Notes: generated by a model not told the origin, from the sequence alone. 63,148 bases of DNA, filler included, from Octopus bimaculoides (GCF_001194135.2; 7 parts of 6 records of this genome joined end to end with filler, not necessarily neighbours in it), one strand, 5' to 3'. Numbered from the whole stretch's first letter, positions 1 to 14,479 are shown. Translations and numbers: made by a program.

Positions 1-226
1 TATATATATATAGGGGAGAATTCACAAAAAAAACAAAACACGAGGACAGGTGGTGTAGACAACAAACAGATACACACACATAAATATATATATATATATA
101 TATATATACGTGTGTGTGTGTGTGTATATATCTATATATATTTCCGTGAAGCATTGTGTGCTATAACTTTAAAGATATTTGTTCCGTCCTGACGCAACAA
201 ATCTCTTTACTACATCTACCGATATA

Positions 227-258
<32 letters not shown>

Positions 259-565
259 CGTACACACACTCATATATATATACATCATACACACACACAC
301 AATGATGGTCCCAATAGTGAGCTAACAAGACTTCTGCGATGTTGCATGTTTTAGTAGTAACAGCTGCGAAATATCATATGGTGTCTTAAAAGAATGTAAT
401 ACTAGATAACACTATATCTGAATTGAGGATAAGATTATTACGAATAGAACAGCTTTATTCATGAGTCATTTTTTTTTTCCTGATAGGGCTACCCTGAGAG
501 TAGACATTAACGTGAATAACTACCCTACCAATAACACTCTGAGTTATCCCTAAACACTACCAACT

Positions 566-652
566 GCGGAATTTGAACTCAGAACATAAAGACGGACGAA
601 ATGTTACTAAGCATTTTTCCGGCGTGATATCGATATTGCCAGCTCACCACCT
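566..652 (-). mobile_element. SINE family B, 5' (tRNA-like head) fragment
   Basis: gcggaatttgaactcagaac...gccagctcaccacct matches the head of the family-B copies at 16918-17158 and 17975-18197; reverse strand carries a B-box-like gagttcaaattcc. Confidence 0.75.
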
Positions 653-2530
653 TTGGAAATCTTGTAATATAATTGGTCTTATATAAATTGCTTAACTCCC
701 TTTATTGTTGCAATATGTTACATATATTTGTGAGTCCACCTCGGCATGTTACTGGAATTTCGTTTATGTTAGACGAAAGCTTCATCAAATTATTAGAACA
801 TTATAGTATTTATATGATAGTATGAGCATAAATTATATCTTTACATTTCAGAACACATATATCAATTTCTACTTTCTTAGCGGCGTATGTATGTTATTTT
901 TTGCTTAGATGTTTTTTTTCTCATGTATATGCATATTAATGTACGTGTTCGAGCTTATATTCATATGAGGGATGCAAACCTCGTTTTAAAAATATAACAA
1001 CTAATAAGGAAACATAAGTGTATGATAAATGAAAAGTGAGAACTATTATTGATCTGTGCTCTGAAAGGAAGAACATCTTTGACTGTCGCCACCATTACTA
1101 CCGCCAACGCGACCACGATAAGTTACTGTAACAACAATAATATTAAGAACACACCAACACGAAAATCTAACACAAAATCGTTGAACATTTTCTCACGGCC
1201 AATCAATACTCTTTACCAATGTTTTATCGAGGTGTCACAGTGCTATGGAGATATTGTTAACGTTATATATGTGATCAGATCGTTCTAACGAATATTTGTT
1301 TTTAGTCGCAGTTTGAATCCATAGCATAATTAATGTAGTAGGTAATATAATTAGATTCAATTTACGTTCGACGTTACTTCTTTCTATACTGAGAATTAAT
1401 ACTTCAGATTTTTTCAATGACTTAATGTGCTAAGACATGTAGATGCAGAAAGTTTAAATACATCATTGTGTTAAAGAGTCACAGATTGGATATCTAACAG
1501 AAAGCTTGCTTTTATTCTTTTGGCGGTGGTGAAGATTGGGTAATCATTAAGCATTGAACGTCGGTGTAGCAAATGGTAGGTGTTTGACTTGGTGCTTATA
1601 TATTTTTGTCAATGGCGAAACTATCAATGAAACCAAGACTAATTTATTATTTCTCAAAAATTAAAACAAACAAGCATGAGTAATTTGGCATGTAGTATGT
1701 GTGTCAGCGGTATAAAAACAAAACAACAGGCTTACCACATGCAGATTAACGCAGTTTTTTTTTCTCGTAGATGTAGCCGCCCAAACTAAATTTATAGCAC
1801 ACGCCACAGATACGAAAGAAAACAAAATTGGGTGTTCTCAAATGAGATTCAAAATCGTTCCGTGCTTAATTACAAATTAAGGTTTTCTATCATGTTTTAT
1901 AGTATTCTCCCATAATATCTTAGAAAATTAGTTGCCTGTACAATGATTATATTGCATTGGGGTTTATTCAATCAATATCAATTTCTCAATATTTCTTAAT
2001 TGTAAGCTAGCATTATCAGATGATCTGTGAATCTATGAAGAATGCGTAGCCGTTAAATAAATTAAGAATAGAGGCCAAGCGTGGGGGCAAATAGCATGTG
2101 CGGGTTCTGCAGGTTTTCAGAAGGCTATCACTTCATACGTATGTCTTTGTTGTGGTCGAAATATATTTAAGGAAAGGTGTGGCCAATTTGAATACCGGAT
2201 ACAGTGATCAAATTCTCTTTGATTGACATTGATATAAAAACAATGAAGCCATTCGAATATTTCAAGACCTTCAAAGCAGAATTATCCCATGAGCCCACTT
2301 AGTTATTAAATACGCATGTGTGTGTGTGTATGTGTGTGTGTGTATGTGTGTGTGTGTGTACATATTTATCCTACGCAGTAGACACACAACCACTTCAAAG
2401 TTACACATCACTTGGAAGAGTGATAAGTGAAAGAAATGACGAACAGCGTTAATCGATATTCTATTCTTATTGGGTTCACATCAGAGGAGACTACATCTCT
2501 TGTCCATTTACAGAGAAACGAGTAGCTCAC

Positions 2531-2744
2531 TTTTTTTATTCTTTTATTCTATTACGTCTTTAAGTCATTTGACTGCGGCCATGCTGGAGCACCTCCTTGA
2601 AAGGTTCTTGTCGAACAAATCGACCTCAGGACTTTATTTTTAAAACCTTGCACTTAATCTTTTGATTTTCTTTTACCGAACCGCTAAGTTACTGGGACGT
2701 AAACACACAGATGTAGATATACATATATATATTATATATGCATA

Positions 2745-2814
<70 letters not shown>

Positions 2815-2965
2815 GACGAGCTTCTTTCAGTTTTCGACTAACAAATCCACACACAAATCTTTGATCGGTGCACAGAAATAACAGAAGACATTTGCCCAAG
2901 GTGTCACGTAGTGGAACTGAACCCGAGACCATGTGGTTGGGAAAGAAGTGTCTTACCACACAATC
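2531..2965 (-). mobile_element. SINE family A (tRNA head, internal (TA)n, LINE-type tail)
   Basis: Reverse-complement match to the + copies at 6211, 10031 and 43221; internal (TA)n at about 2745-2811. Confidence 0.85.
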
Positions 2966-4099
2966 TAGTAGCTTAGCTACAGAGAACTGGGGCAACTAAT
3001 TTGCATGGTATAAATGTTTAGCACTTGATTTACTAAAACACACACACACACACACACACGCGCACACACATACACTCACACATACACACATACACACACA
3101 CGTACACACATACACATACATACACACATACACACACACACACATACACACTTGTGTGTATAAGAGAATGAGAGAGAGAGAGAGAGTATATGTGAATATT
3201 CTCTTCGAGTATTAACTGTGTTTGTGAATGTCTCCATGAAGATGGCTACACTGATTTAGAGGTAAGCCAAGTCTCTTTCCCTCAATTCCTTTTAGCAGAT
3301 TTTAATTTTAAAGCTGTTATTAAAAACATTATAATTCCGGCAGCTTTATTTATTTTTTTTTTTTTTCGAAAATCCATATTAGCAGGAGAATTATTCAATN
3401 NNNNNNNNNATTTGCCAGCAACATTTATACTGTTTTAAAACAGAAAATGAAACAGCTTGATAATAACATTGCACAAACAGCATGTAAAAGTCTCCAAAAT
3501 GATAGGGTGTAATTTCTTCGATTAATTGCAATACTTAATAACACATGTGAGACTGTAATATTGCGAATCTTTTGAGATCAAGAAGTACAGGCTAAGAGGA
3601 AAGAAGAAGAAATTAAATCTTCTGGGTACATTAACTAACATATTTTCTTTCCGTCGTATAAACTAAGAAAATTCCTTATTTATTTATATATTCCAGAATA
3701 TGTTGAAACTTATCTTCCATGATTTCAGCTAAGCAAGTATCAATGTGTGTGAGCGAGAGAGAGAGAGAAGGGGGAATGTGTCCGTGTGGGGGAAGGAATC
3801 GTTTTTGCCAAATAGATATAGCAACAAAGTCATTATAAAGTAGTTAACTAATCTCATTTTCATGCTTAGCAATAAATTATTCATGTAGAAACCCCAGTAT
3901 ACTTATCGATTCCATTCAAAATTAAAACTAAATTTTCTTTTCTCATCTTTATTTAACATTTTCATTACTTCAGATAAAAATGTTACCTACGTTGAAGCCG
4001 CATATTCTTAGGATTGTTCTAAAATATATAGGCTTATTTCTCAAGATCTAGTTTAAATCTATAGATTTTGATAAATTTTAATACCTGTTGATTGAATGT

Positions 4100-4990
4100 A
4101 ACATCTGTATGTGATACACCGCGAACAATCTTTTAGTGCTAAAACCGTGTATCGAATTTTTAACTTCACAAATGAAAGCACCACCGTAAACAGATGGAAA
4201 GCATTGCACACAAACAAAAAGTCTGTAAATAACTCTGAAAGACAACTATCATCAATATAAAGATTTCCTCTATTTTATGACACAGCCTGTATTTTATGGC
4301 GCATATTCTCTTCCCTCCAAAATTATCCCCAGATCTCTAATAACTTTTTACAGAATTCTCCTGAAATATCGCTCATCAGACATTATCGCTCGGTAATTAA
4401 AATTTCTCCCGACACGTTTTCCGCACGTTTCTCACTTTCCTACTGAATACACTCAACACATTTCTATTCAAAGCCTATTCCTCTCTTCCATCTGTCTCAC
4501 CAGCACGTGCATGCCAAATCGCCAAGTGTGAACATTTTCTGATCACTCCACCTCAACAAGGTGATCAATTGTGACACAGTTCTTTCCATTAATCCATTAA
4601 TCATAAACAGTATGCTAAAGAAGTAGCTCCTATCATTATTGAATTCTTTTGTCGTTATATATCATTATTCATCGTTTTAAATGCATGACACCGTTTCCCA
4701 GTCACAAGAAAAGCAGCCTCAATTACACTATCAACTACATTTAAATCGTTCTAAAATTACACTCCTAACATGATGGAAATATTTGATATTTGTAAACAAC
4801 CGCCACTTCTATCACCTTCAGTCTTTTTCTGGTGTCAGTAACCATAGGTACGTTTTCTATGCGTCTATGTCTTCCCAGCATTTTGTCTCCTATCTTACAC
4901 ACCATATTAACATTTCTTCGTTAAGGTTCTTCTCTCAAATTGTGAATAAGACGGGTTCTGTTTGAATGCTCGTTTCAATGTATGGTGTGT
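4100..4990 (-). mobile_element. Possible very old LINE (APE endonuclease-like) remnant
   Basis: Minus-strand RKD..GDRSGG-like stretch resembling the APE RxDR..GGG motif; heavily broken by stops and frameshifts. Confidence 0.25.
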
Positions 4991-4992
4991 AT

Positions 4993-5023
<31 letters not shown>

Positions 5024-5635
5024 NNNNNNNNNNNNNNNNNNNNNNNNNNNNNNNNNNNNNNNNNNNNNNNNNNNNNNNNNNNNNNNNNNNNNNNNNNNNN
5101 NNNNNNNNNNNNNNNNNNNNNNNNNNNNNNNNNNNNNNNNNNNNNNNNNNNNNNNNNNNNNNNNNNNNNNNNNNNNNNNNNNNNNNNNNNNNNNNNNNNN
5201 NNNNNNNNNNNNNNNNNNNNNNNNNNNNNNNNNNNNNNNNNNNNNNNNNNNNNNNNNNNNNNNNNNNNNNNNNNNNNNNNNNNNNNNNNNNNNNNNNNNN
5301 NNNNNNNNNNNNNNNNNNNNNNNNNNNNNNNNNNNNNNNNNNNNNNNNNNNNNNNNNNNNNNNNNNNNNNNNNNNNNNNNNNNNNNNNNNNNNNNNNNNN
5401 NNNNNNNNNNNNNNNNNNNNNNNNNNNNNNNNNNNNNNNNNNNNNNNNNNNNNNNNNNNNNNNNNNNNNNNNNNNNNNNNNNNNNNNNNNNNNNNNNNNN
5501 NNNNNNNNNNNNNNNNNNNNNNNNNNNNNNNNNNNNNNNNNNNNNNNNNNNNNNNNNNNNNNNNNNNNNNNNNNNNNNNNNNNNNNNNNNNNNNNNNNNN
5601 NNNNNNNNNNNNNNNNNNNNNNNNNNNNNNNNNNN

Positions 5636-5681
<46 letters not shown>

Positions 5682-6210
5682 CTCTTTCTCTTTCTTCCTC
5701 TGACGAAATAGAAAACGATCCTAGGTAGTTGTTAAATATGCTAGAAATACTAGCTGAATTACCCGCAAACCACAACTATCTATTCTAAGTCCAAGATACA
5801 CTGTGTCTGACTGTGCGGAAAATGAAATGTTCACTGCGGAGCTGGAGTACCTTTAATCATGAATTCTCTCAATCGAGGCAAACCAGTAGCTTTAAAAATA
5901 AAAAAACAAGTGTAAAGCAACACATTTGTGAATTGCGACACTTTTACAAGGGATGATTTAAACATAACTGTTCAAGTTAACGAAGCTATCATAATTTTTG
6001 TATAACAGCCAGAGCTTAATAGTGGTTGCACTGTAATATCTGTTTACGGCGTGGTTTCATCAAATGAAATGATACTTAATGATCATGGCCATTAACAAAA
6101 CTAAATTCTGCAAACAGGTTATGAAATTCTGACATCTGTGTTCTAATATTACATCGATTTTGACAGTCCACATTCAAGGGTTAACAATTATTTTATATAT
6201 TTGTACAATA

Positions 6211-6608
6211 AGCGCAGGAGTGGTTGTGTGGTAAGTAGCTTGCTTACCAACCACATGGTTCCGTGTTCAGTGCCACTGCGTAGCACCTTGGGCAGGTGTC
6301 TTCTACTATAGCCTCAGGCCGACCAAAGCCTTGTGAGTGGATTTGGTAGACGGAAACTGAAAGAAGCCCGTCGTATATATGTATATATATGTGTGTGTTT
6401 GTGTCGGTGTTTTTCCCCCCAACATCGCTTGACAACCGATGCTGGTGTGTTTACGTCCCCGTAACTTAGCGGTTCGGCAAAAGAGACCGATAGAATAAGT
6501 ACTAGGTTTACAAAGAATAAGTCCTGAAGTCGATTTGCTCGACTAAACGCGGTGCTCCAGCATGACCGTAATCAAATGACTGAAACAAGTAAAAGAGTAA
6601 AAGAGTAA
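6211..6608 (+). mobile_element. SINE family A, full length
   Basis: A-box-like gtggttgtgtggtaa, B-box-like ggttccgtgttcagt, body ccttgggcaggtgtc, internal TA/TG tract, tail cagcatgaccgtaatcaaatgactgaaac(aagtaaaag)n; near-identical to other copies. Confidence 0.9.
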
Positions 6609-7453
6609 TATTCAGTAAAAGGAATACGAGAGAAATCTTGGCATTCCTATGTCATTTGCTATCTGATCTCACTGATTATGTAGTTAAACAATTCCTACTC
6701 CGCATATACTATTTATTATATTAGATGTATATCAAGTTGTGATTCAAAAGTTAATTTTGTTATTGTTTTAAAACGATTAACTGAATCTGAACAAGGATTA
6801 ACTTGCATACGATTAATTCATGTTATATATATGACGTCCATTTTGTCTAGAACGAAAATGTAAATTTGAACAACATATTTTTAACTGAATTGTTCCAAGA
6901 TTAGCTCATCTATAACCTTCGATAACAGCAATTATATAATTGTATGGAAATTGTAAGACTATTTTAAAATCCCGAAATTCGATAGAGTATATAATGATAA
7001 TAGGTCGTATGCCAAATCTTCCTGTTTAAACATTCTCTCTCTCAGAATATAAAGAACGAATGAGTCAATGTAGAGGTTTTTTTATGCATATACATAGTTG
7101 TATATATGTGTATATATACATAGATCTGTGAGCACATGTGCTAACGATTTTGCGTATGTGCTGTGGCACAGAGATTTTGTGAATATGTTCACACATGCAG
7201 AGGATATGTAGATGTGAGAAAGGAGAGAAACTAATAAGGACTGCGTAAGGGATTCCAGGAACATATTCCATTATCTTTCTTTTAATAACTTATCATCAAG
7301 GCGTGTTCCTCATAAGGTCGATTGTAAATCATGTTTGAATGTTTTGTACTTTATAGGATATGTATGCGTGCGTGTATACATGTATATATGTATGCGTATA
7401 TGGCGTATATATATGTGTGTGTGTCTATGTATGTATATATATGCATGTACGTA

Positions 7454-7501
<48 letters not shown>

Positions 7502-8456
7502 NNNNNNNNNNNNNNNNNNNNNNNNNNNNNNNNNNNNNNNNNNNNNNNNNNNNNNNNNNNNNNNNNNNNNNNNNNNNNNNNNNNNNNNNNNNNNNNNNNN
7601 NNNNNNNNNNNNNNNNNNNNNNNNNNNNNNNNNNNNNNNNNNNNNNNNNNNNNNNNNNNNNNNNNNNNNNNNNNNNNNNNNNNNNNNNNNNNNNNNNNNN
7701 NNNNNNNNNNNNNNNNNNNNNNNNNNNNNNNNNNNNNNNNNNNNNNNNNNNNNNNNNNNNNNNNNNNNNNNNNNNNNNNNNNNNNNNNNNNNNNNNNNNN
7801 NNNNNNNNNNNNNNNNNNNNNNNNNNNNNNNNNNNNNNNNNNNNNNNNNNNNNNNNNNNNNNNNNNNNNNNNNNNNNNNNNNNNNNNNNNNNNNNNNNNN
7901 NNNNNNNNNNNNNNNNNNNNNNNNNNNNNNNNNNNNNNNNNNNNNNNNNNNNNNNNNNNNNNNNNNNNNNNNNNNNNNNNNNNNNNNNNNNNNNNNNNNN
8001 NNNNNNNNNNNNNNNNNNNNNNNNNNNNNNNNNNNNNNNNNNNNNNNNNNNNNNNNNNNNNNNNNNNNNNNNNNNNNNNNNNNNNNNNNNNNNNNNNNNN
8101 NNNNNNNNNNNNNNNNNNNNNNNNNNNNNNNNNNNNNNNNNNNNNNNNNNNNNNNNNNNNNNNNNNNNNNNNNNNNNNNNNNNNNNNNNNNNNNNNNNNN
8201 NNNNNNNNNNNNNNNNNNNNNNNNNNNNNNNNNNNNNNNNNNNNNNNNNNNNNNNNNNNNNNNNNNNNNNNNNNNNNNNNNNNNNNNNNNNNNNNNNNNN
8301 NNNNNNNNNNNNNNNNNNNNNNNNNNNNNNNNNNNNNNNNNNNNNNNNNNNNNNNNNNNNNNNNNNNNNNNNNNNNNNNNNNNNNNNNNNNNNNNNNNNN
8401 NNNNNNNNNNNNNNNNNNNNNNNNNNNNNNNNNNNNNNNNTATATATATATATTTT

Positions 8457-8695
8457 AAGTTTCAGCTCAGAGCTGCGGCCATGCTGATGCACCACCGTGT
8501 TGCTACACTGTTATTACAGGGAGCCTCTTACAATATGTGGCACTTGGTGAAGAATGGAGTTTGATTTAGCAACCCTCATTTGCACCTCCTGTCGCGAGGT
8601 AGGTTCATCTGGGACTCTCGATAGGAAGAGGTCCAACTTTGATTTAAAAACTCCTACATCTACTTTGTGCAGATTCCTCAGGCTCTTTGGGAGAA
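8457..8695 (-). mobile_element. CR1/Zenon-like LINE, 3' end (RT C-terminus and 3' tail)
   Basis: LPKSLRNLHKVDVGVFKSKLDLFLSRVPDEP...SNSILHQ is a typical CR1-group ORF2 terminus, followed by tail ggtggtgcatcagcatggccgcagctctgagctgaaac. Confidence 0.8.
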
Positions 8696-9317
8696 TATAT
8701 ATATATATATATATATATGTATATTCATAGATACATACATGTATATATGCATACATATATATAAATTACACATATATAAATATATATGTACATTATATAT
8801 ATGTGTGTGTGTGTATATATATTTATACATGCATGAATACTTACATATTCATATAAGATGAATATATACATAAAATTTGAATACCTTAATAGATATTAGG
8901 TGCATATATAAGAGTGACAACGTAAACAAGTGTTTGTACGTGAGTTTGTGTGTATTATACTCAAATATAACATTTGGTAAACGTATATGTAATTAAATGT
9001 AAGGTTATACGCGTATACTAAATTATATATATACATATTCTATTGTATTTCTGATAAGCGTTTTCATTAGTACTAAAAGTGCATGTGTATGGTTGTATCT
9101 TCGCTTGGCAACATTGCAGAGCGGCAGTTTGTCATGTGATCAATCCAATCCAACTTGTGAAGGAAATTAGATAAATAGAAATTTTGACGAAAATTTCATG
9201 ATGAACTTAGGTAGATAGGGAGGGAGGGAGAGAGAGAGATAGACAGAGAGAGGAGGAGGGAGATAGAGAGGGAGATAGACAGAAGGGGGACAGACACAGA
9301 CAGACAGTCAGGCAGTC

Positions 9318-9374
<57 letters not shown>

Positions 9375-9375
9375 T
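9318..9375. repeat. (AGAT)n microsatellite
   Basis: Direct reading; similar arrays at 45655-45720 and 48190-48235. Confidence 0.95.
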
Positions 9376-10030
9376 GCTTTTAGGTAATTTAATCTTTCCT
9401 GATGTTTCACACCTTGAACAGAAGAAAACTTCTGATAATTATTTATCTAATGATGACAACACCGTTCATTATTACATGCGTTATTTTTTTAATTAAGATA
9501 ATAATTTAAGCTAGTGACAGATGAGAACAAATCATTGGGTTCTTCTAATCAGAGAAATCTTTCATCTTAATTCAACCATTTAGCAGTAAAATTTCCTCCT
9601 TTACGCCCAACAATATGGCGGACTCCAGTAACCTAATGATTAATTGCTTTCCTGTGCTATGCTGCAGCTTTCGAAAGTGTAAAGTGCAGGAAGTTGTGGC
9701 TAAGTGCTACGTCACTGCATATATCTGATCCTTGACGAAGGTCAAAACTGTACAACAATGCATAGCTCTGCCTAAGTCACTATTCATACACGCATGTAAA
9801 AAAAAAATTTAATTTGTTCGGAAATACCTTTCGGATATTTATGTTATAGTGTTCAAATTCCTAACGTATATGGAGTATGAGAAATAGTTTTAAAGAAGGT
9901 AGGGGTATGTGGGTGCATACTTGAAAATTTTGTTTTCTTTCTTCCCGTATTCGAGCGAGGCATTCTAAACAAATCCACCTCGCTGTATTTCCAATCCTTT
10001 TAATTTTCCCTATACATACGAAGATATGTT

Positions 10031-10463
10031 AGGCGCAGGAGTGGTTGTGTGGTAAGTAGCTTGCTTACCAACCACATGGTTCTGGGTTCAGTCCCACCGC
10101 GTGGCACCTTGGGCAAGTGTCTTCTACTATAGCCTCGGGCCGACCAAAGCCTTGTGAGTGGATTTGGTAGACGGAAACTGAAAGAAGCCCATCATATATA
10201 TGTATATATATGTATGTGTGTGTATATGTTTGCGTGTCTGTGTTGGTGCGTCTGTGTTTCTCCACTCAACATCGCTTGACAACCGATGGTGGTGTGTTTA
10301 CGTCCCCGTAACTTAGCGGTTCGGCAAAAGAGACCGATAGAATAAGTACTAGGCTTACAAAGAATAAGTCCTGGGGTTGATTTGCTCGACTAAAGGTGGT
10401 GCTCCAACATGGCCGCAGTCAAATGACTGAAACAAGTAAAAGAGTAAAACAGAGAAAAGAGTA
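10031..10463 (+). mobile_element. SINE family A, full length
   Basis: High identity to 6211-6608 and 43221-43630. Confidence 0.9.
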
Positions 10464-10520
10464 ATTCTTAGGCATATCATTATATTAGCTTATATGATTA
10501 CCTATATAAGATATAGTAAG

Positions 10521-10606
<86 letters not shown>

Positions 10607-11338
10607 TGAGAGAAAGAGTGGTAGGTGGAAGGGGAAATGAGAAGTGGGTGGTCACTTAAATTATTGTGAACAAGTTCAGCTTATCATTTATTCCATTGCT
10701 TTAACTTTAAGTATACCGTTGCTGATCAATAGAGAAAGAGCATAACTGAAGTGATGGACATATTCTTGATTAATTTCAGGATACGTTCTAAGATTCTCTC
10801 GATTGAAGAATTTATTCCTTAGAGGGGAAAAAATAATCAATAAAAGTAATCGGGTTAGCTAATGACATACCAGACTTCTAAAGCTAACGATTATAGGATT
10901 TGGGATCTTATGTTTTGCTGAGACCATATGTATGAAGTAACTTACTGTTAACTTTAATGGGGTATCTGTATTAACGATTTCTATCAGTAACACAGGACCA
11001 GAAATTTGAGGTGGAAAATTATTATAGTTAGTACTATCTGAATCTAGGACTTGGCTAAACTAGTCTCCTTGGTAGAAGAACTGACAATTTTCAGAGTAGT
11101 AATATTTGAACACTTAACGTAAGCAGCTGAAAACTAAATTCTAAGAACTGTAGTTATTTGCAAAGTATTTTGTCTGGGAATTATTTACAAAAAAGTTCCC
11201 TCTTTTCTTGATAAACATGATTTCTCATTCACATTGTACCTTGAAAACTTGGGGTTGACTGTTTGCCAATCGATAGCGTGTTGTTGTTGTTGTTGATTTC
11301 TTCTTATTTCAGTATGACTCACTGAACACACATCCTGG

Positions 11339-11398
11339 TTGGCACTCCGTCGGTTACGACGTCGAGGGTTCCTGTTGATCCGATCAACGGAACAGCCT
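11339..11398 (-). mobile_element. SINE family C 3' tail, cut by a family-A insertion
   Basis: ggcactccgtcggttacgacgtcgagggttcc..gatccgatcaacggaacagcct equals the tail at 18416-18478, then switches abruptly to family A. Confidence 0.75.
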
Positions 11399-11406
11399 AT
11401 ATATAT

Positions 11407-11683
11407 AGGCGCAGGAGTGGATGTGTGGTAAGCAGCATGCTTACTAACCACATGGTTCCGGTTACATTCCTACTGAGTGGCACCTTAGGCAAGTGAGCAA
11501 AGCCTTGTGAGAGGATTTGGTAGACGGAAACTGAAAGAAGCCCGTCGTATATATACATGTGTGTGTATTTGTCTCCCCAACATCGCTTGACAACCGATGC
11601 TGGTGTGTTTATGTCCCCATAACTTAACGGTTCAGTAAAAGTGACCGATAGAATAAGTACTAGGCTTACAGAGAATAAGCCCT
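11407..11683 (+). mobile_element. SINE family A, runs into gap
   Basis: Same head and body as other family-A copies. Confidence 0.85.
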
Positions 11684-12104
11684 NNNNNNNNNNNNNNNNN
11701 NNNNNNNNNNNNNNNNNNNNNNNNNNNNNNNNNNNNNNNNNNNNNNNNNNNNNNNNNNNNNNNNNNNNNNNNNNNNNNNNNNNNNNNNNNNNNNNNNNNN
11801 NNNNNNNNNNNNNNNNNNNNNNNNNNNNNNNNNNNNNNNNNNNNNNNNNNNNNNNNNNNNNNNNNNNNNNNNNNNNNNNNNNNNNNNNNNNNNNNNNNNN
11901 NNNNNNNNNNNNNNNNNNNNNNNNNNNNNNNNNNNNNNNNNNNNNNNNNNNNNNNNNNNNNNNNNNNNNNNNNNNNNNNNNNNNNNNNNNNNNNNNNNNN
12001 NNNNNNNNNNNNNNNNNNNNNNNNNNNNNNNNNNNNNNNNNNNNNNNNNNNNNNNNNNNNNNNNNNNNNNNNNNNNNNNNNNNNNNNNNNNNNNNNNNNN
12101 NNNN

Positions 12105-12137
<33 letters not shown>

Positions 12138-12774
12138 TAAAGTTTGCAGCCAGGAAGTATGAGATTTGAATATAGATTTATTTCATGAAGCGACTTCCAT
12201 AGAATATATACATACGAATACATATATATATGAGTATATGTGTGTGCATATGTATGTATGTATGCATGCATGTATGCATGTATGTATGCATGTGAGTATG
12301 TATGTACGTCTACTCTAATAACTAACTCCACCTAAGATCAGAAATGACCTAAGAACATCTATAATCCACGCATAGTAAAAAATAAAAATCGAATCAAAAC
12401 AAGTAGTACGAAAACTAATCTGACATTAATATCAGACGGAGTCATAACTACAGAACGAAATCCGAATTAACACTGCTTTGAAATTTACCGCATCAGCTAC
12501 CTGGCGGATATCATTCTGATTTTGATATCCAAAACAGGTCTAGTATTTCAGTGGATGTTAAACAGCCGAAGATAAGAACAAATGGTGTTCGAGAATATGC
12601 AGTCCCAATGTTTGAGTCTGATACACAAATTATATATATGTAATATATATTCCTTAATATCAACTCAATATACAGTACATTTAAAGCATTTATTGTTCGA
12701 TTTCAAAATGGTATACAGCAATATGCAAAGTGTGAGAAACATACCTTTATCAACAGTATATATGAGTGCGTGTA

Positions 12775-12851
<77 letters not shown>

Positions 12852-13083
12852 AGTGTTCGTGTATACTTTTATATGCATATATATATATTGACATATATAG
12901 ATAAACATATAGATATATACACATAAGTGTGTGTGTGTGCGTGTGTGTATGCGCATGTATGTTTGTATATACATGCTTGAAAGCATGTGTGTGTGTGTGT
13001 ATGTGTGTGTGTGTCGGTGTCTGTGTCTGTGTATGTGTATATATGCATTTCATAAAGTTCAGAAAATGGAGATGTAGCATTAA

Positions 13084-13398
13084 TATAATTTATTAACTAC
13101 AAAAATTCAATATGTTCTCTTACAGCTGTTTCGATTGTGACCAAAGAATTAAATTCCAATAATTAAAATATTTGGGTGAGGGTGGCAAAATACTACTGCA
13201 GTTTCTCATTTAGATCCACACACAGACTGTTGAAATGTTTTGGAAGAATGACATCTAATAACCTAACGGTATGTCTTTGTTACTTCTCTGACTAGAATTT
13301 ACCCCAAAAAATGTTTAAATTATTAGAATTTAATTCTTTGGGCAAAATCGAAGCACCAGTAAGGGAACATATTGAATTTTTGCAGTTAATAAATTATA
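13084..13398. mobile_element. Foldback element with decayed outward-facing hammerhead motifs
   Basis: About 100-bp arms (13084-13180 vs 13300-13398) are imperfect reverse complements; left arm has GAAACAGCTGTA on the minus strand (13121-13132). Confidence 0.7.
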
Positions 13399-13601
13399 AT
13401 AATGCGAAATCTCCTTTTTCTGAATTTTAATTTGAATATTTATAAATCAAGATTTATAGTTAAACCTATTATTTTTATGAACATTACTATTCACAAAAAA
13501 AAATAATAGGTAACAAACCTGTAATTCATTGGATATTTTTTTATCCCTTAATGAGGCTATTTAACCTGTATTTAAATTTATATATATATATATGTATATA
13601 T

Positions 13602-13636
<35 letters not shown>

Positions 13637-14479
13637 NNNNNNNNNNNNNNNNNNNNNNNNNNNNNNNNNNNNNNNNNNNNNNNNNNNNNNNNNNNNNNNN
13701 NNNNNNNNNNNNNNNNNNNNNNNNNNNNNNNNNNNNNNNNNNNNNNNNNNNNNNNNNNNNNNNNNNNNNNNNNNNNNNNNNNNNNNNNNNNNNNNNNNNN
13801 NNNNNNNNNNNNNNNNNNNNNNNNNNNNNNNNNNNNNNNNNNNNNNNNNNNNNNNNNNNNNNNNNNNNNNNNNNNNNNNNNNNNNNNNNNNNNNNNNNNN
13901 NNNNNNNNNNNNNNNNNNNNNNNNNNNNNNNNNNNNNNNNNNNNNNNNNNNNNNNNNNNNNNNNNNNNNNNNNNNNNNNNNNNNNNNNNNNNNNNNNNNN
14001 NNNNNNNNNNNNNNNNNNNNNNNNNNNNNNNNNNNNNNNNNNNNNNNNNNNNNNNNNNNNNNNNNNNNNNNNNNNNNNNNNNNNNNNNNNNNNNNNNNNN
14101 NNNNNNNNNNNNNNNNNNNNNNNNNNNNNNNNNNNNNNNNNNNNNNNNNNNNNNNNNNNNNNNNNNNNNNNNNNNNNNNNNNNNNNNNNNNNNNNNNNNN
14201 NNNNNNNNNNNNNNNNNNNNNNNNNNNNNNNNNNNNNNNNNNNNNNNNNNNNNNTATATATATATATATACATATATGCATCCATATATACATACATATA
14301 TACTTATGCGTGTGCATGTTTTATATACATATTCTTAACAAAAATATTTGAGCGCATCAAGAATTCTGAAATACCAGTGTCTTCATTATATTCCAATTCG
14401 TCAGAATTTTTACAACGCATTATTCACAAACCAATAATGATTACAGCAACATAGTCGCCTTAAGGATGTTCGTCGCGAG

